Position numbers and translations under genes: made by a program
Shown: piece by piece, positions 18,698 through 27,510 of the stretch
Layout: each line of letters opens with the position of its first letter
Position numbering within the stretch: position 1 is the stretch's first letter
From: an archaeon UBA543
GTDB taxonomy: Archaea > Undinarchaeota > Undinarchaeia > Undinarchaeales > UBA543
Assembly: GCA_002502135.1 (NCBI GenBank)
Contig: DAPM01000017.1
Location: 5,548-69,547, forward strand
Length of the DNA stretch: 64,000 bases
Direction of reading: 5' to 3'
The notes under the pieces: generated by a model
Databases searched by the model: none
Seen by the model: only the letters and a program-made list of their open reading frames with translations
What the model was told of the DNA's origin: nothing

Positions 18698-19652
18698 AAC
18701 AAGATCAATTGTTTCAAAAGCACTCCCTATCTTTGGAGTCCTTTTGTTCGCATATATTCTTTACAGGGTTGGGCTTGGAAATATCTGGGGCAATATACGA
18801 GTTCTCAATCTAAAGTACTTTTCAATAGCAGTCGCACTGTTAATTCCTACAATTCTCATCAAAGCGTTCAAATGGAACCGAGTCCTGGCTGCCATGGGAT
18901 TCAAATATCCTCTTGGTGAGAGTTCAAAGTCTCTTACAATCTCTTATTTTATTGGCTCGTTAACCCCAGCCCGCCTTGGAGACTTTACAAGAGCACTTTA
19001 TTTGAAAAAATACAAGGTTTCACTTTCAAAAGCATTCTCCTCTGTTCTAATTGACAGATTATTTGATGTCGGAATCCTTGTCCTAATGGCTGTGTTCAGT
19101 GTAATAACACTTGTTCAGAGATTTTCTCTTGCGTTTTCAAGCATTTTACTCGTGCTCTTCATAGCGGTTTCATTTGGAGCTATTCTTCTACTTGTGCTCA
19201 GAAAAAAATTAATGCGAAAACTTCTCAAGCCATTCTTCTATATGTTGATTCCTGAGAAATTCCAGAAACAGCTCATAAATATCTTCGATGACTTTTATAC
19301 TAGCATTGCCGAATTCAGTCAGAATTTGTCAGTGATGTTCTCACTCTCGTTTTTGACATTAATTTCCTGGATAATCTCATTTATTTCAACATATTTTATT
19401 GCACTTTCACTTGGAATTGAAATCAAATTCTTTATACTTCTATTAATGCTCCCATTCTCAACACTAGTTGAAATGCTTCCAATCTCATTCTCAGGAGTCG
19501 GAACCAGAGATGCAGTATTTATCTTAATGTTCTCCCTCCTAGCAATACCAGCTGCAAAAGCAGTTTCATTCTCACTCATGATACTGATTTTCAATTATAT
19601 CCTATGTCTGGTCGGAGCCCTGCTCTGGGTCAAAAAACCATTCAAGGTCTAA
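18690..19652 (+). CDS. UPF0104 / lysylphosphatidylglycerol-synthase-TM-like (flippase-like) membrane protein
   Basis: 320-aa polytopic protein. The overall pattern resembles the flippase-like domain family often found beside GT2 genes. Confidence 0.5.
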   Translation: MTKTRSIVSKALPIFGVLLFAYILYRVGLGNIWGNIRVLNLKYFSIAVALLIPTILIKAFKWNRVLAAMGFKYPLGESSKSLTISYFIGSLTPARLGDFTRALYLKKYKVSLSKAFSSVLIDRLFDVGILVLMAVFSVITLVQRFSLAFSSILLVLFIAVSFGAILLLVLRKKLMRKLLKPFFYMLIPEKFQKQLINIFDDFYTSIAEFSQNLSVMFSLSFLTLISWIISFISTYFIALSLGIEIKFFILLLMLPFSTLVEMLPISFSGVGTRDAVFILMFSLLAIPAAKAVSFSLMILIFNYILCLVGALLWVKKPFKV

Positions 19653-19697
19653 ATTTCCATAAGTTATAAAAACCCAACAAATGAGTTCTAGAATACA

Positions 19698-22013
19698 ATG
19701 CAGATTGTAGTACTAGCTGGCGGATTGGCAACACGTATGAGACCGGTTACAGAGACCATTCCAAAAGCAATGATTCAGGTCAATGGCAAGCCTTTTCTGG
19801 AGCACCAGATTAAACTATTCCGAAGGAACGGAGTTACTGATATTATCTTGTGTGTTGGATACAGGGCTCAGCAGATAAAGGATTATTTCGGGGACGGCTC
19901 TAAATTCGATGTCAGAATCCGCTACAGTGACGAAGGAGACAACCTAAAAGGCACAGCAGGCGCTCTAAAGCAAGCAGAAGCGCTTCTGGATGACGAATTC
20001 CTTGTGATTTATGGAGATTCTTTTCTCACAACCAATTTTCAGGATGTAATTGATCATTTTAACAAGAATGACAAGTCAGCTCTTTGCACTGTTTACAAAA
20101 ACGATTTAGAATATCACAAAAACAATATGCAGGTTGCAGACGGGATGATTGTAAAGTACGACAAAACTGCTCAGACACCTGAAATGAAGCATGTTGACTA
20201 CGGACTTTCTATTCTCAGAAAATCAATATTGGATTCAATTCATCCTGATCGTGTAATCCAACTTGACGAAATATTCCAAACTCTAATCGCTAACAAGGGG
20301 TTACTTGCTTACGAAGTTTCTGACAGGTTTTATGAAATTGGTGAACCTGAAGGACTTAAACAGTTTGAGGATTATTTGAAGAGTAAAGACGAAACTACAA
20401 AAGCTTCAGGATGTGCTGGGTGTCCAAAATCAAGAATGTGCGGTACTGGGGTTCAGACTTCTTTTGAGCACAAGCGAGTTGAAACAATTGTTGGGCTTCC
20501 TGATAGTGTTGGAAAAGGGAAAAGTATCAAGAAGGTTCTGTTAATCTTTCCACACAGGATAAGTTTTTCCGGATACAAAGAGGATTTATCTCCTCCAATG
20601 GGCATGGCTTGTCTTGGTGCAGTTCTGGAAAACGCAGGATATGAAGTTAAAATTATTGATGCTGCAGCAGAGGATTTCAACCATTCTGAAAAAATTAATG
20701 ACAACATGGTACGGCTCGGAATAAGTATGGAAGACTTGAAACAGAGAATTACAGACTATCATCCTGATTTTGTTGGGGTGTCTTGTCTTTTCACAGCTCA
20801 GATCAAGACTGTTCTTGAAATCTGCAAGTCAATTAAGGAAGTTGATCCAAGTGTTCCTGTTGCAGTTGGTGGTTCTCATCCATCCGCTTTGCCTGAGCAG
20901 TCACTCAAATCACAATTCTTGGATTATGTAATCATTGGAGAAGGTGAATACACTTGCCGAGAGCTTCTCAACAAGCTGAAAACCAATGAGTCAGTTTCTG
21001 ATATTGACGGTTTTGCCTGGAAAGAAGACGGCAAGATTCACGTAAATCCTAAAACAAAATTTATAGAAGACATTAATGAGCTTCCTGAGCCAGCAAGGCA
21101 CTTACTGCCTATGAAAACATATTTTGACATTAATCTACCTCAGTGCGGAACCTCTCTCAAGAGACCGAACACTACAATTGCAACTTCAAGGGGGTGCACA
21201 GGCAACTGTGTGTTCTGTGCAACTACAAAACTCTGGGGAAGACGGTTCAGGCCGTTTGCAGTTGAGCGAGTTCTGGATGAAATGGAGACACTAATCAAGG
21301 ATTACGGAATTAAGGAGTTCCAATTTATTGACGACAACCTCACACTCAACAAAGAACGTGCAATGAAGATTTTCCAGGGAATGATTGACCGAAAATTCAA
21401 TATTGTCTGGAATACTCCGCAAGGTATAGCAATCTGGGCACTGGATAATGAGCTTCTGGACAAAATGAAAGAATCTGGGTGCTACGAAATCACAATTGCT
21501 GTTGAGAGCGGAGACCAGGATGTTCTTACTAACATAATCCACAAGCCAACAAACCTTTCAAAAGTTGAGGGAATTGTAAAACATGCAAAGAAACTCGGCT
21601 TGATTGTGAAAGGATACTTTGTTGTAGGATTCCCGGGTGAAAAGAAATGGCAGATGCAGAAAACTTTTGATATTGCAAAAGACTTGAAGTTTGATGCAGC
21701 TGGAATTTTCATTGCAACACCACTTCCAGGCACACAATTATACAAACAATGCAAGGAAAAAGGGTATCTTCGCCCTGGTTTTGATTTTGAACGTGTGAAT
21801 TATGGAGTTGGAAATATTATTACTCCAGATTTCAAGCCTGAAGAAATCGAGCAGATGGTTTCAGAAAATATTATCAAAATCAACATGGCTCTCTTGTACA
21901 GAAATCCTTGGAAGTTTGCAAAGAAGTATTTCCAGCTTGTTAAGCGAAATCCAAGAGTTATGTTTGATTATATGGGCTTCTTATGGAAGAAAGCAAGGAG
22001 GAAGAAATCATAA
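19698..22013 (+). CDS. Fusion protein: sugar-1-phosphate nucleotidyltransferase (N-terminal) plus cobalamin-binding radical SAM enzyme (C-terminal)
   Basis: 771 aa. The N-terminus MQIVVLAGGLATRMRPVTETIPKAMIQVNGKPFLEHQI is a G-x-G-x-R NTP-transferase fold (HddC/RmlA-like). The middle region is a B12-binding Rossmann (VLLIFPHRISFSGY...VIIGEGEY). Then comes ATSRGCTGNCVFCATT, the CxxxCxxC radical-SAM cluster. Confidence 0.8.
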   Translation: MQIVVLAGGLATRMRPVTETIPKAMIQVNGKPFLEHQIKLFRRNGVTDIILCVGYRAQQIKDYFGDGSKFDVRIRYSDEGDNLKGTAGALKQAEALLDDEFLVIYGDSFLTTNFQDVIDHFNKNDKSALCTVYKNDLEYHKNNMQVADGMIVKYDKTAQTPEMKHVDYGLSILRKSILDSIHPDRVIQLDEIFQTLIANKGLLAYEVSDRFYEIGEPEGLKQFEDYLKSKDETTKASGCAGCPKSRMCGTGVQTSFEHKRVETIVGLPDSVGKGKSIKKVLLIFPHRISFSGYKEDLSPPMGMACLGAVLENAGYEVKIIDAAAEDFNHSEKINDNMVRLGISMEDLKQRITDYHPDFVGVSCLFTAQIKTVLEICKSIKEVDPSVPVAVGGSHPSALPEQSLKSQFLDYVIIGEGEYTCRELLNKLKTNESVSDIDGFAWKEDGKIHVNPKTKFIEDINELPEPARHLLPMKTYFDINLPQCGTSLKRPNTTIATSRGCTGNCVFCATTKLWGRRFRPFAVERVLDEMETLIKDYGIKEFQFIDDNLTLNKERAMKIFQGMIDRKFNIVWNTPQGIAIWALDNELLDKMKESGCYEITIAVESGDQDVLTNIIHKPTNLSKVEGIVKHAKKLGLIVKGYFVVGFPGEKKWQMQKTFDIAKDLKFDAAGIFIATPLPGTQLYKQCKEKGYLRPGFDFERVNYGVGNIITPDFKPEEIEQMVSENIIKINMALLYRNPWKFAKKYFQLVKRNPRVMFDYMGFLWKKARRKKS

Positions 22014-22046
22014 AGCCTTTAAATTAAAATCATCGATTTAACTACA

Positions 22047-23027
22047 ATGATCATAACACAAACCCCACTCAGAATAACACTCGGCGGAGGAGGCACAGAT
22101 TTAGCTTCCTATTACTCAAAACACACAGGATTCCTGATAAGCGCTGCAATCGACAAGTATGTTTACATTAGTTTGCACAAGACTTTTGACAAGGATATTA
22201 CAGCCCACTATTCAAAACATGAGAAAGTTTCAAATGTTGCAGAATTACAGCACCCCATCATCATGGAAGCACTCAAACTCACAGGAATCGAGAGTGGTAT
22301 AGAGGTTTCCAGCATGGCAGACATCCCAGCAGGAACAGGATTAGGTTCTTCCGGATGTTTCACAGTCGGACTTCTGAATGCACTTCACACTTCTAAAAGA
22401 GAAAAATTATCTTCACACGAGCTAGCAGAAGAGGCTTGCAAAATCGAAATTGATCTTCTAAAAGAGCCAATTGGCAAGCAGGATCAGCACGCTTGTGCTA
22501 CAGGGGGCTTGACTGCATTCACTTTTGAGAAAGACGGCACTGTCAAAGCAGAGCCAATGAAAGTTTCCCAGAAAACAATGAATGCACTGGAAGACAATCT
22601 CTTACTTTTCTTTACAAATTACTCCAGAAGTGCTTCAGGTATTCTGAAAGAGCAGGATGACAAGAGCAAACAGGATGAAGATGAAATGATTCAGAACCTG
22701 CACAAAGTCAAAGAGCTTGGTGTTGAGAGCAAGCTTGCACTTGAATCTGGAAATCCTGACAAGCTTGGAGAATTAATGCACATTCACTGGGAGAACAAGA
22801 AAAAACGCTCAGGTTCAATGAGTAATCCTAAAATTGACAAATGGTACAACATTGCAATGGAGAATGGTGCTCTTGGCGGAAAACTGGTTGGCGCTGGCGG
22901 AGGCGGATTCCTGATGTTCTACGCAAATGACAAAGAGAAGCTTCGGGAAGCAATGCGCAAGGAAGGTTTGAGTGAGGTCAGGTTCAGATTCGACTTTGAT
23001 GGTTCTAAAGTATTGGTGAATGTATGA
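22047..23027 (+). CDS. GHMP-family sugar kinase, HddA-like (D-glycero-alpha-D-manno-heptose-7-phosphate kinase-like)
   Basis: 326 aa. MIITQTPLRITLGGGGTDL is the HddA-type N-terminus; the GHMP motif PAGTGLGSSG is present. Confidence 0.7.
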   Translation: MIITQTPLRITLGGGGTDLASYYSKHTGFLISAAIDKYVYISLHKTFDKDITAHYSKHEKVSNVAELQHPIIMEALKLTGIESGIEVSSMADIPAGTGLGSSGCFTVGLLNALHTSKREKLSSHELAEEACKIEIDLLKEPIGKQDQHACATGGLTAFTFEKDGTVKAEPMKVSQKTMNALEDNLLLFFTNYSRSASGILKEQDDKSKQDEDEMIQNLHKVKELGVESKLALESGNPDKLGELMHIHWENKKKRSGSMSNPKIDKWYNIAMENGALGGKLVGAGGGGFLMFYANDKEKLREAMRKEGLSEVRFRFDFDGSKVLVNV

Positions 23028-23788
23028 AGAGAGCAGTTGTAACTGGTGGAAGCGGTGGAATTGGAAAAATTATAGCAAAAGCACTGCACGATAACGGTTT
23101 TGAAATCATTCTTGTTGCTAGAAATGAAGAGAATTTGAAAAAAGCTGCACCAGAAATTGGAACTAATGTTAAAACATTCCCTTGCGATGTTACAAGCTAC
23201 ACTCATGTTGAATCTCTTTTCGCAAATTTTGATAAAATTGATGTTCTAGTAAATTCTGCAGGCATTCTTGGGCCAACTGAAACCCTTGCAGATTCTGACA
23301 TTGCTAATTGGAAGCGAGTACTTGAAGTTAATTTAATAGGAACAGTAAATTGCTGCAAAGCTGCTGGCCCCATTCTTGAAAAGTCAGAGCACGGGAAAAT
23401 TGTGAATATTGCAGGCGGTGGTGCTGCATATGCAAGACCACTTCATTCTGCTTATGCAACTTCAAAAGCAGGAGTAGTCAGGTTCACCGAAGAATTATCA
23501 TTGGAACTGAAGAACACAGATGTTAATGTTATTGCTCCTGGAGCGCACAACACAAAACTCTGGGAAGATGAGAAGGTTGATGAACCGCCAGAGCAGTGGG
23601 CAAACCCAGAAGATGTTGCAAAACTTGTGCTCTATCTTGCTTCTGAAAAATCTAATGGAATTACTGGCAAATTCATACACATCAAGGATGATTACGAAAG
23701 TTTCACTCCAGAGCTTTCAAAATCTGACAAATGCGCATTGAGGCGCGTTGACGACATATTGCTGGAGAAATTGAAAAATGAATTATAA
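23024..23788 (+). CDS. Short-chain dehydrogenase/reductase (SDR)
   Basis: 254 aa. Motifs TGGSGGIGK and YATSKAG (Y-x3-K). Confidence 0.8.
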   Translation: MKRAVVTGGSGGIGKIIAKALHDNGFEIILVARNEENLKKAAPEIGTNVKTFPCDVTSYTHVESLFANFDKIDVLVNSAGILGPTETLADSDIANWKRVLEVNLIGTVNCCKAAGPILEKSEHGKIVNIAGGGAAYARPLHSAYATSKAGVVRFTEELSLELKNTDVNVIAPGAHNTKLWEDEKVDEPPEQWANPEDVAKLVLYLASEKSNGITGKFIHIKDDYESFTPELSKSDKCALRRVDDILLEKLKNEL

Positions 23789-23816
23789 AGTTGAGGAGGT
23801 TGGAAAATACTAATAT

Positions 23817-23889
23817 CGGGGCACTGTGGAACCGCGGGGCCGGAGCGCCGAACGGCGCCCCTGCGCACCCGCGCCCCGGATCCACTGGA
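23817..23889. repeat. GC-rich structured intergenic element (copy A)
   Basis: A ~73-nt stretch of very high GC in a ~40% GC context. The core 23852..23879 (ACGGCGCCCCTGCGCACCCGCGCCCCGG) is the exact reverse complement of 60499..60526. It contains internal hairpins GCGCC-GAAC-GGCGC and GCGC-ACCC-GCGC. Confidence 0.6.
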
Positions 23890-23894
23890 CAAAA

Positions 23895-24860
23895 ATGAAA
23901 ACAGGAATTATTGGTTGCGGTCTAATCGGCTGGCGCAGAGCTAGTTTTCTAGGCGAGGATGAGCTTGTAATGTGCGCAGATGTCGATGAGGAGCGCGCCA
24001 AAAAGCTTGCAGAGGAATTTGATTGCGAATATTCTACTGATTCTACAAAAGTAACAAGTGATCCTCGAATTGAAGCTGTAATTATTTCGACTACAAACCA
24101 ATTCTTAGCAGAAATCGCTACCGATGCTGTCCGAAATAACAAACACTGCTTAATTGAAAAACCAGGAGCAAGAACTCTTGTTGAATATGAGCAGTTGATG
24201 AATGTTGCTAAAGAGCAAGGCGTTAAAGTGAAAATCGGTTACAATCACAGATTCCACCCATCCTTCTTGAAAGCTAGGGAGATTGTTGATTCTGGAGAAA
24301 TTGGTGAAGTAATGTATGTCAGGGGAAGGTATGGTCACGGCGGACGGCTTGGGTACGATAAAGAGTGGCGTGCAGATCCGCAAAAGTCTGGTGGTGGTGA
24401 GATGCTAGATCAGGGAACTCACTTAATTGACTTGGCTCGATGGTTCTGTGGCGAATTCACAGATGTTAAAGGCCATGTTGGCACTTTCTTCTGGGACATG
24501 CCAGTTGAGGATAATGGTTTTGCGCTCCTAAAAACAGATTCAGGCAAAGTTGCATGGCTGACTGCAAGCTGTACTCAGTGGAAGAATTTGTTCTGCTTTG
24601 AGATTCACTGCAAAACTGGATTGCTTGTAATTGACGGTCTTGGCAAGAGTTATGGCAAAGAAACACTCACTTTCCACAAAATGAAGCCTGAAATGGGTAT
24701 TCCTGATACTGAAACCTTCACTTGGGATGAAGATGATTCCTGGAAAAAGGAGTGGGTTGAGTTTAGAAGTGCGATTTCAGAGAATCGGGAGCCAATGAGC
24801 TCAATCTCAGATGCTTATGGAAACTTTAAGGTTGTTTCTGACCTCTACAAAACCCACTGA
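23895..24860 (+). CDS. Gfo/Idh/MocA-family NAD(P)-dependent oxidoreductase
   Basis: Track ORF starts at 23826, but its first 23 aa translate the GC-rich element. The real start is MKTGIIGCGLIGWRRA (Rossmann), followed by a C-terminal Gfo/Idh/MocA alpha/beta domain. Confidence 0.8.
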   Translation: MKTGIIGCGLIGWRRASFLGEDELVMCADVDEERAKKLAEEFDCEYSTDSTKVTSDPRIEAVIISTTNQFLAEIATDAVRNNKHCLIEKPGARTLVEYEQLMNVAKEQGVKVKIGYNHRFHPSFLKAREIVDSGEIGEVMYVRGRYGHGGRLGYDKEWRADPQKSGGGEMLDQGTHLIDLARWFCGEFTDVKGHVGTFFWDMPVEDNGFALLKTDSGKVAWLTASCTQWKNLFCFEIHCKTGLLVIDGLGKSYGKETLTFHKMKPEMGIPDTETFTWDEDDSWKKEWVEFRSAISENREPMSSISDAYGNFKVVSDLYKTH

Positions 24861-24904
24861 TTTTAACATACATAACCCTTAAAACCTCTTTTCCCGACCA
24901 TTTT

Positions 24905-25516
24905 TTGATAATAATGGATAATGTAGAGTATATCAACAAATACTTTTCCGAAATGAAAGATGTTATTGGAAACATCTCTGCGGAAGACACAGCTGGGGTA
25001 GTTAATGCGCTATTCACAGCCTGGAAAAACGGAAACCAAGTATTCCTAATTGGAAACGGTGGTTCTGCAAGCACAGCCACTCACATGGCATGCGACCTAA
25101 ACAAGTGCACAATTGTTGAGGGAAAACCTCGAATGAAAGCTCTTGCACTGGTTGACAATATTCCAGTAGTCAGCGCACTTACAAATGACGACGGCTGGGG
25201 TGAAATTTATGTTGAACAGCTTAAGAATTTCTTTAAAACAGGTGATGTTGTTATTGCTTTTAGTGTTCACGGCGGATCTGGAAGCGACAAGGCAGGTGCC
25301 TGGTCACAGAACCTTTTGAAAGGACTGCAGTATGCAAAAGATAATGGCGGAGTTGCAATTGGAATCTCCGGGTTTGACGGCGGAGCAATGAAGCAAATGG
25401 CAGACCACTGCATTGTAGTGCCTGTGGAATCAACACCACACACCGAATCACTGCATTTAGCAATCGAGCATCTCATTACAAACTGCTTGAAGGAGAAAAT
25501 AATCAACCAAGCATGA
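24905..25516 (+). CDS. gmhA: SIS-domain sedoheptulose-7-phosphate isomerase (GmhA-like), copy 1
   Basis: 203 aa. FLIGNGGSASTATHMACDL is the GmhA signature. Confidence 0.75.
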   Translation: MIIMDNVEYINKYFSEMKDVIGNISAEDTAGVVNALFTAWKNGNQVFLIGNGGSASTATHMACDLNKCTIVEGKPRMKALALVDNIPVVSALTNDDGWGEIYVEQLKNFFKTGDVVIAFSVHGGSGSDKAGAWSQNLLKGLQYAKDNGGVAIGISGFDGGAMKQMADHCIVVPVESTPHTESLHLAIEHLITNCLKEKIINQA

Positions 25517-26118
25517 AAAGAGCAGTTTTCCTTGACAGAGATGACACAATAAATAAGTCAATTTACATTTCAGATGAGAACAGGATTGAGAGTCCTCTAA
25601 AACCAGAGGAATTCGAACTGTTTTCAACAGCAGGAGACGCAATCAAAATCTTCAATGAACTTGGATTCCTGGTAATTGTGGTCACAAATCAGCCCGCAAT
25701 TGCAAAAGCAAAAACAACAGTTGAACTAGTTGATCAAATTCACGAAAAAATGAAAGCAGATCTTGAAGCTCAAGGCACTCAGGTGGATGAGGTTTACTAT
25801 TGCCCTCACTCAGAACCTGGAAAAGGAAAAATCCCTGAGTTTACAAAAATCTGTGACTGCAGAAAGCCTGGACAAGGTATGTTTTTGCAGGCAAAAGAGA
25901 GATTCGATATTGACATGGAAAATTCATATATGATAGGTGATAGCTGGCGAGATATTAAAGTTGGAAATTCGCTAGGCTGCACTACATTTAAAGTCGATCA
26001 TTCAATGATCGAAACTCATAGTGATTTAATCACAGAACAGCTAAATAATCCAGATCACAAGGTTAAGGATTTATATGAGGCTGCATTACTAATCAAAAAC
26101 TTAGAGGAGAAAAAATAA
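25513..26118 (+). CDS. gmhB: D-glycero-D-manno-heptose-1,7-bisphosphate phosphatase (HAD, GmhB-like)
   Basis: 201 aa. FLDRDDTIN (DxDxT), VVTNQ, and CPHSEPGKGKIPEFTKICDCRKP (GmhB Zn-binding Cys/His insert). Confidence 0.75.
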   Translation: MKRAVFLDRDDTINKSIYISDENRIESPLKPEEFELFSTAGDAIKIFNELGFLVIVVTNQPAIAKAKTTVELVDQIHEKMKADLEAQGTQVDEVYYCPHSEPGKGKIPEFTKICDCRKPGQGMFLQAKERFDIDMENSYMIGDSWRDIKVGNSLGCTTFKVDHSMIETHSDLITEQLNNPDHKVKDLYEAALLIKNLEEKK

Positions 26119-26119
26119 A

Positions 26120-26773
26120 ATGGACATTTATATAGACACTGCAAATCTTGAAGAAATAAAAAACGCTGTTGATATGGGCATCATAGATGGGTGCACAACC
26201 AATCCAGCAATTGTTGCCAAAGAGGGATGTGAATTTGAAAGCAGGATGAAGGAAATCCTTGCACTTGTCAAAGGCCCTGTCAGCATTGAAGTTACTACAA
26301 TTGATGTTGACACAATGGTTGAAGAAGCTGTAAAGTATTCAAAATGGGGCGACAATGTTGTTGTCAAAATCCCTATGGATGCAAACGGGCTTCGCGCAAC
26401 AAAAATCCTAACGGAAAAAGGCATCAAAACTAATGTGACCTGTTGCATGAGCTCAACTCAGGCAGTTCTGGCTGCAAAAGCAGGAGCAACATACGTTTCT
26501 CTGTTCTACGGCAGAATCGCTGACATGGGTTATGATGCAATGTACGAACTTGCAGATGCTGTAAATATTTTTGAACATTCTGGATTTGAATCCAAGATTA
26601 TTGCAGGAAGCCTAAGATCTGTTGCTGATGTTATGACAGCAATCCGCGCAGGAGTGCACATAGTTACTGTTCCGCCTGCATCTCTTAACAAAATGTACGT
26701 TCACCCAAGAACAAAAGAAACTATCCAGGAATTCCTGGACTTCTGGGCTGACTACAAGAAAAAACATAAGTGA
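26120..26773 (+). CDS. Transaldolase / fructose-6-phosphate aldolase (short TalC/FSA type)
   Basis: 217 aa. Begins MDIYIDTANLEEIK with the Schiff-base-lysine region VVVKIP. Confidence 0.8.
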   Translation: MDIYIDTANLEEIKNAVDMGIIDGCTTNPAIVAKEGCEFESRMKEILALVKGPVSIEVTTIDVDTMVEEAVKYSKWGDNVVVKIPMDANGLRATKILTEKGIKTNVTCCMSSTQAVLAAKAGATYVSLFYGRIADMGYDAMYELADAVNIFEHSGFESKIIAGSLRSVADVMTAIRAGVHIVTVPPASLNKMYVHPRTKETIQEFLDFWADYKKKHK

Positions 26774-27510
26774 GAATGGACGGAGACCACGACATAACAC
26801 TGTTTTTCCCTGTTTATAATGAAGAGGGGAACATACGTTCAGTTATCACTACTGCAAGCAATGTTCTGAAAAAGATTTCACGGAATTATGAAGTTCTGCT
26901 TGTGCTTTATGCTGGTTCTACTGATAAAAGTGAGGAAATCATCCGAGAAATGGCTAAAGAGGATCCGCACATCAGGCTGGTAATTCAGCCTACAAGCGAT
27001 CCTGGAGTCGGCAGAGCTTACAGAATTGGTTTTGAGCAGGCAAAGTATCCGATTATTGCTTATTCTGATTCTGACAACCAGTTCAACTTAAATGAGCTTG
27101 TGAAATTCCTCCCATACCTTGATGAGTATGACATTATTGCAGGTTACAAATTGAAACGACAGGATCCACTTCCAAGAATAATCACTTCTTGGGGCTACAA
27201 CACACTAGTGAGAACTCTTTTCAGGATAAACACAATGGATGTTAATACTGCTTTCAGGGTTGTGAAGAAACCAGTTCTGGATAAAGTCAAATTAACTTCA
27301 AGACTTGGAACAGTCACAACCGAACTTCTTGTAAAAGCAAAAAAGAACGGGTTCAGCATAAAACAGATAGGCGTAACCCACTTTCCAAGAACAGAAGGCA
27401 AGCCTTTATACGAAGTTACAAGCGGAATGCTGTCACCAAAAACAATAATCAATGTTTCAAAGGAAATTGTAAGGCTTTGGTGGAGTGTTAATGTGAGGAA
27501 ACAATACTAA
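26770..27510 (+). CDS. Family-2 glycosyltransferase (Dol-P-sugar-synthase-like, soluble)
   Basis: 246 aa. LFFPVYNEEGNI...YSDSDNQ (DxD). Confidence 0.75.
   Translation: MRMDGDHDITLFFPVYNEEGNIRSVITTASNVLKKISRNYEVLLVLYAGSTDKSEEIIREMAKEDPHIRLVIQPTSDPGVGRAYRIGFEQAKYPIIAYSDSDNQFNLNELVKFLPYLDEYDIIAGYKLKRQDPLPRIITSWGYNTLVRTLFRINTMDVNTAFRVVKKPVLDKVKLTSRLGTVTTELLVKAKKNGFSIKQIGVTHFPRTEGKPLYEVTSGMLSPKTIINVSKEIVRLWWSVNVRKQY

Noticed and set aside
23826-23894. MEPRGRSAERRPCAPAPRIHW extension of the Gfo/Idh/MocA ORF, and antisense ORFs 23692..23892 and 60423..60611 with similar RRPCAPAPR peptides
   Set aside because: These are translations of the GC-rich repeat element on different strands. The peptide similarity reflects the shared 28-nt core, not a protein family. 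The real oxidoreductase starts at the Rossmann motif (Met at 23895).
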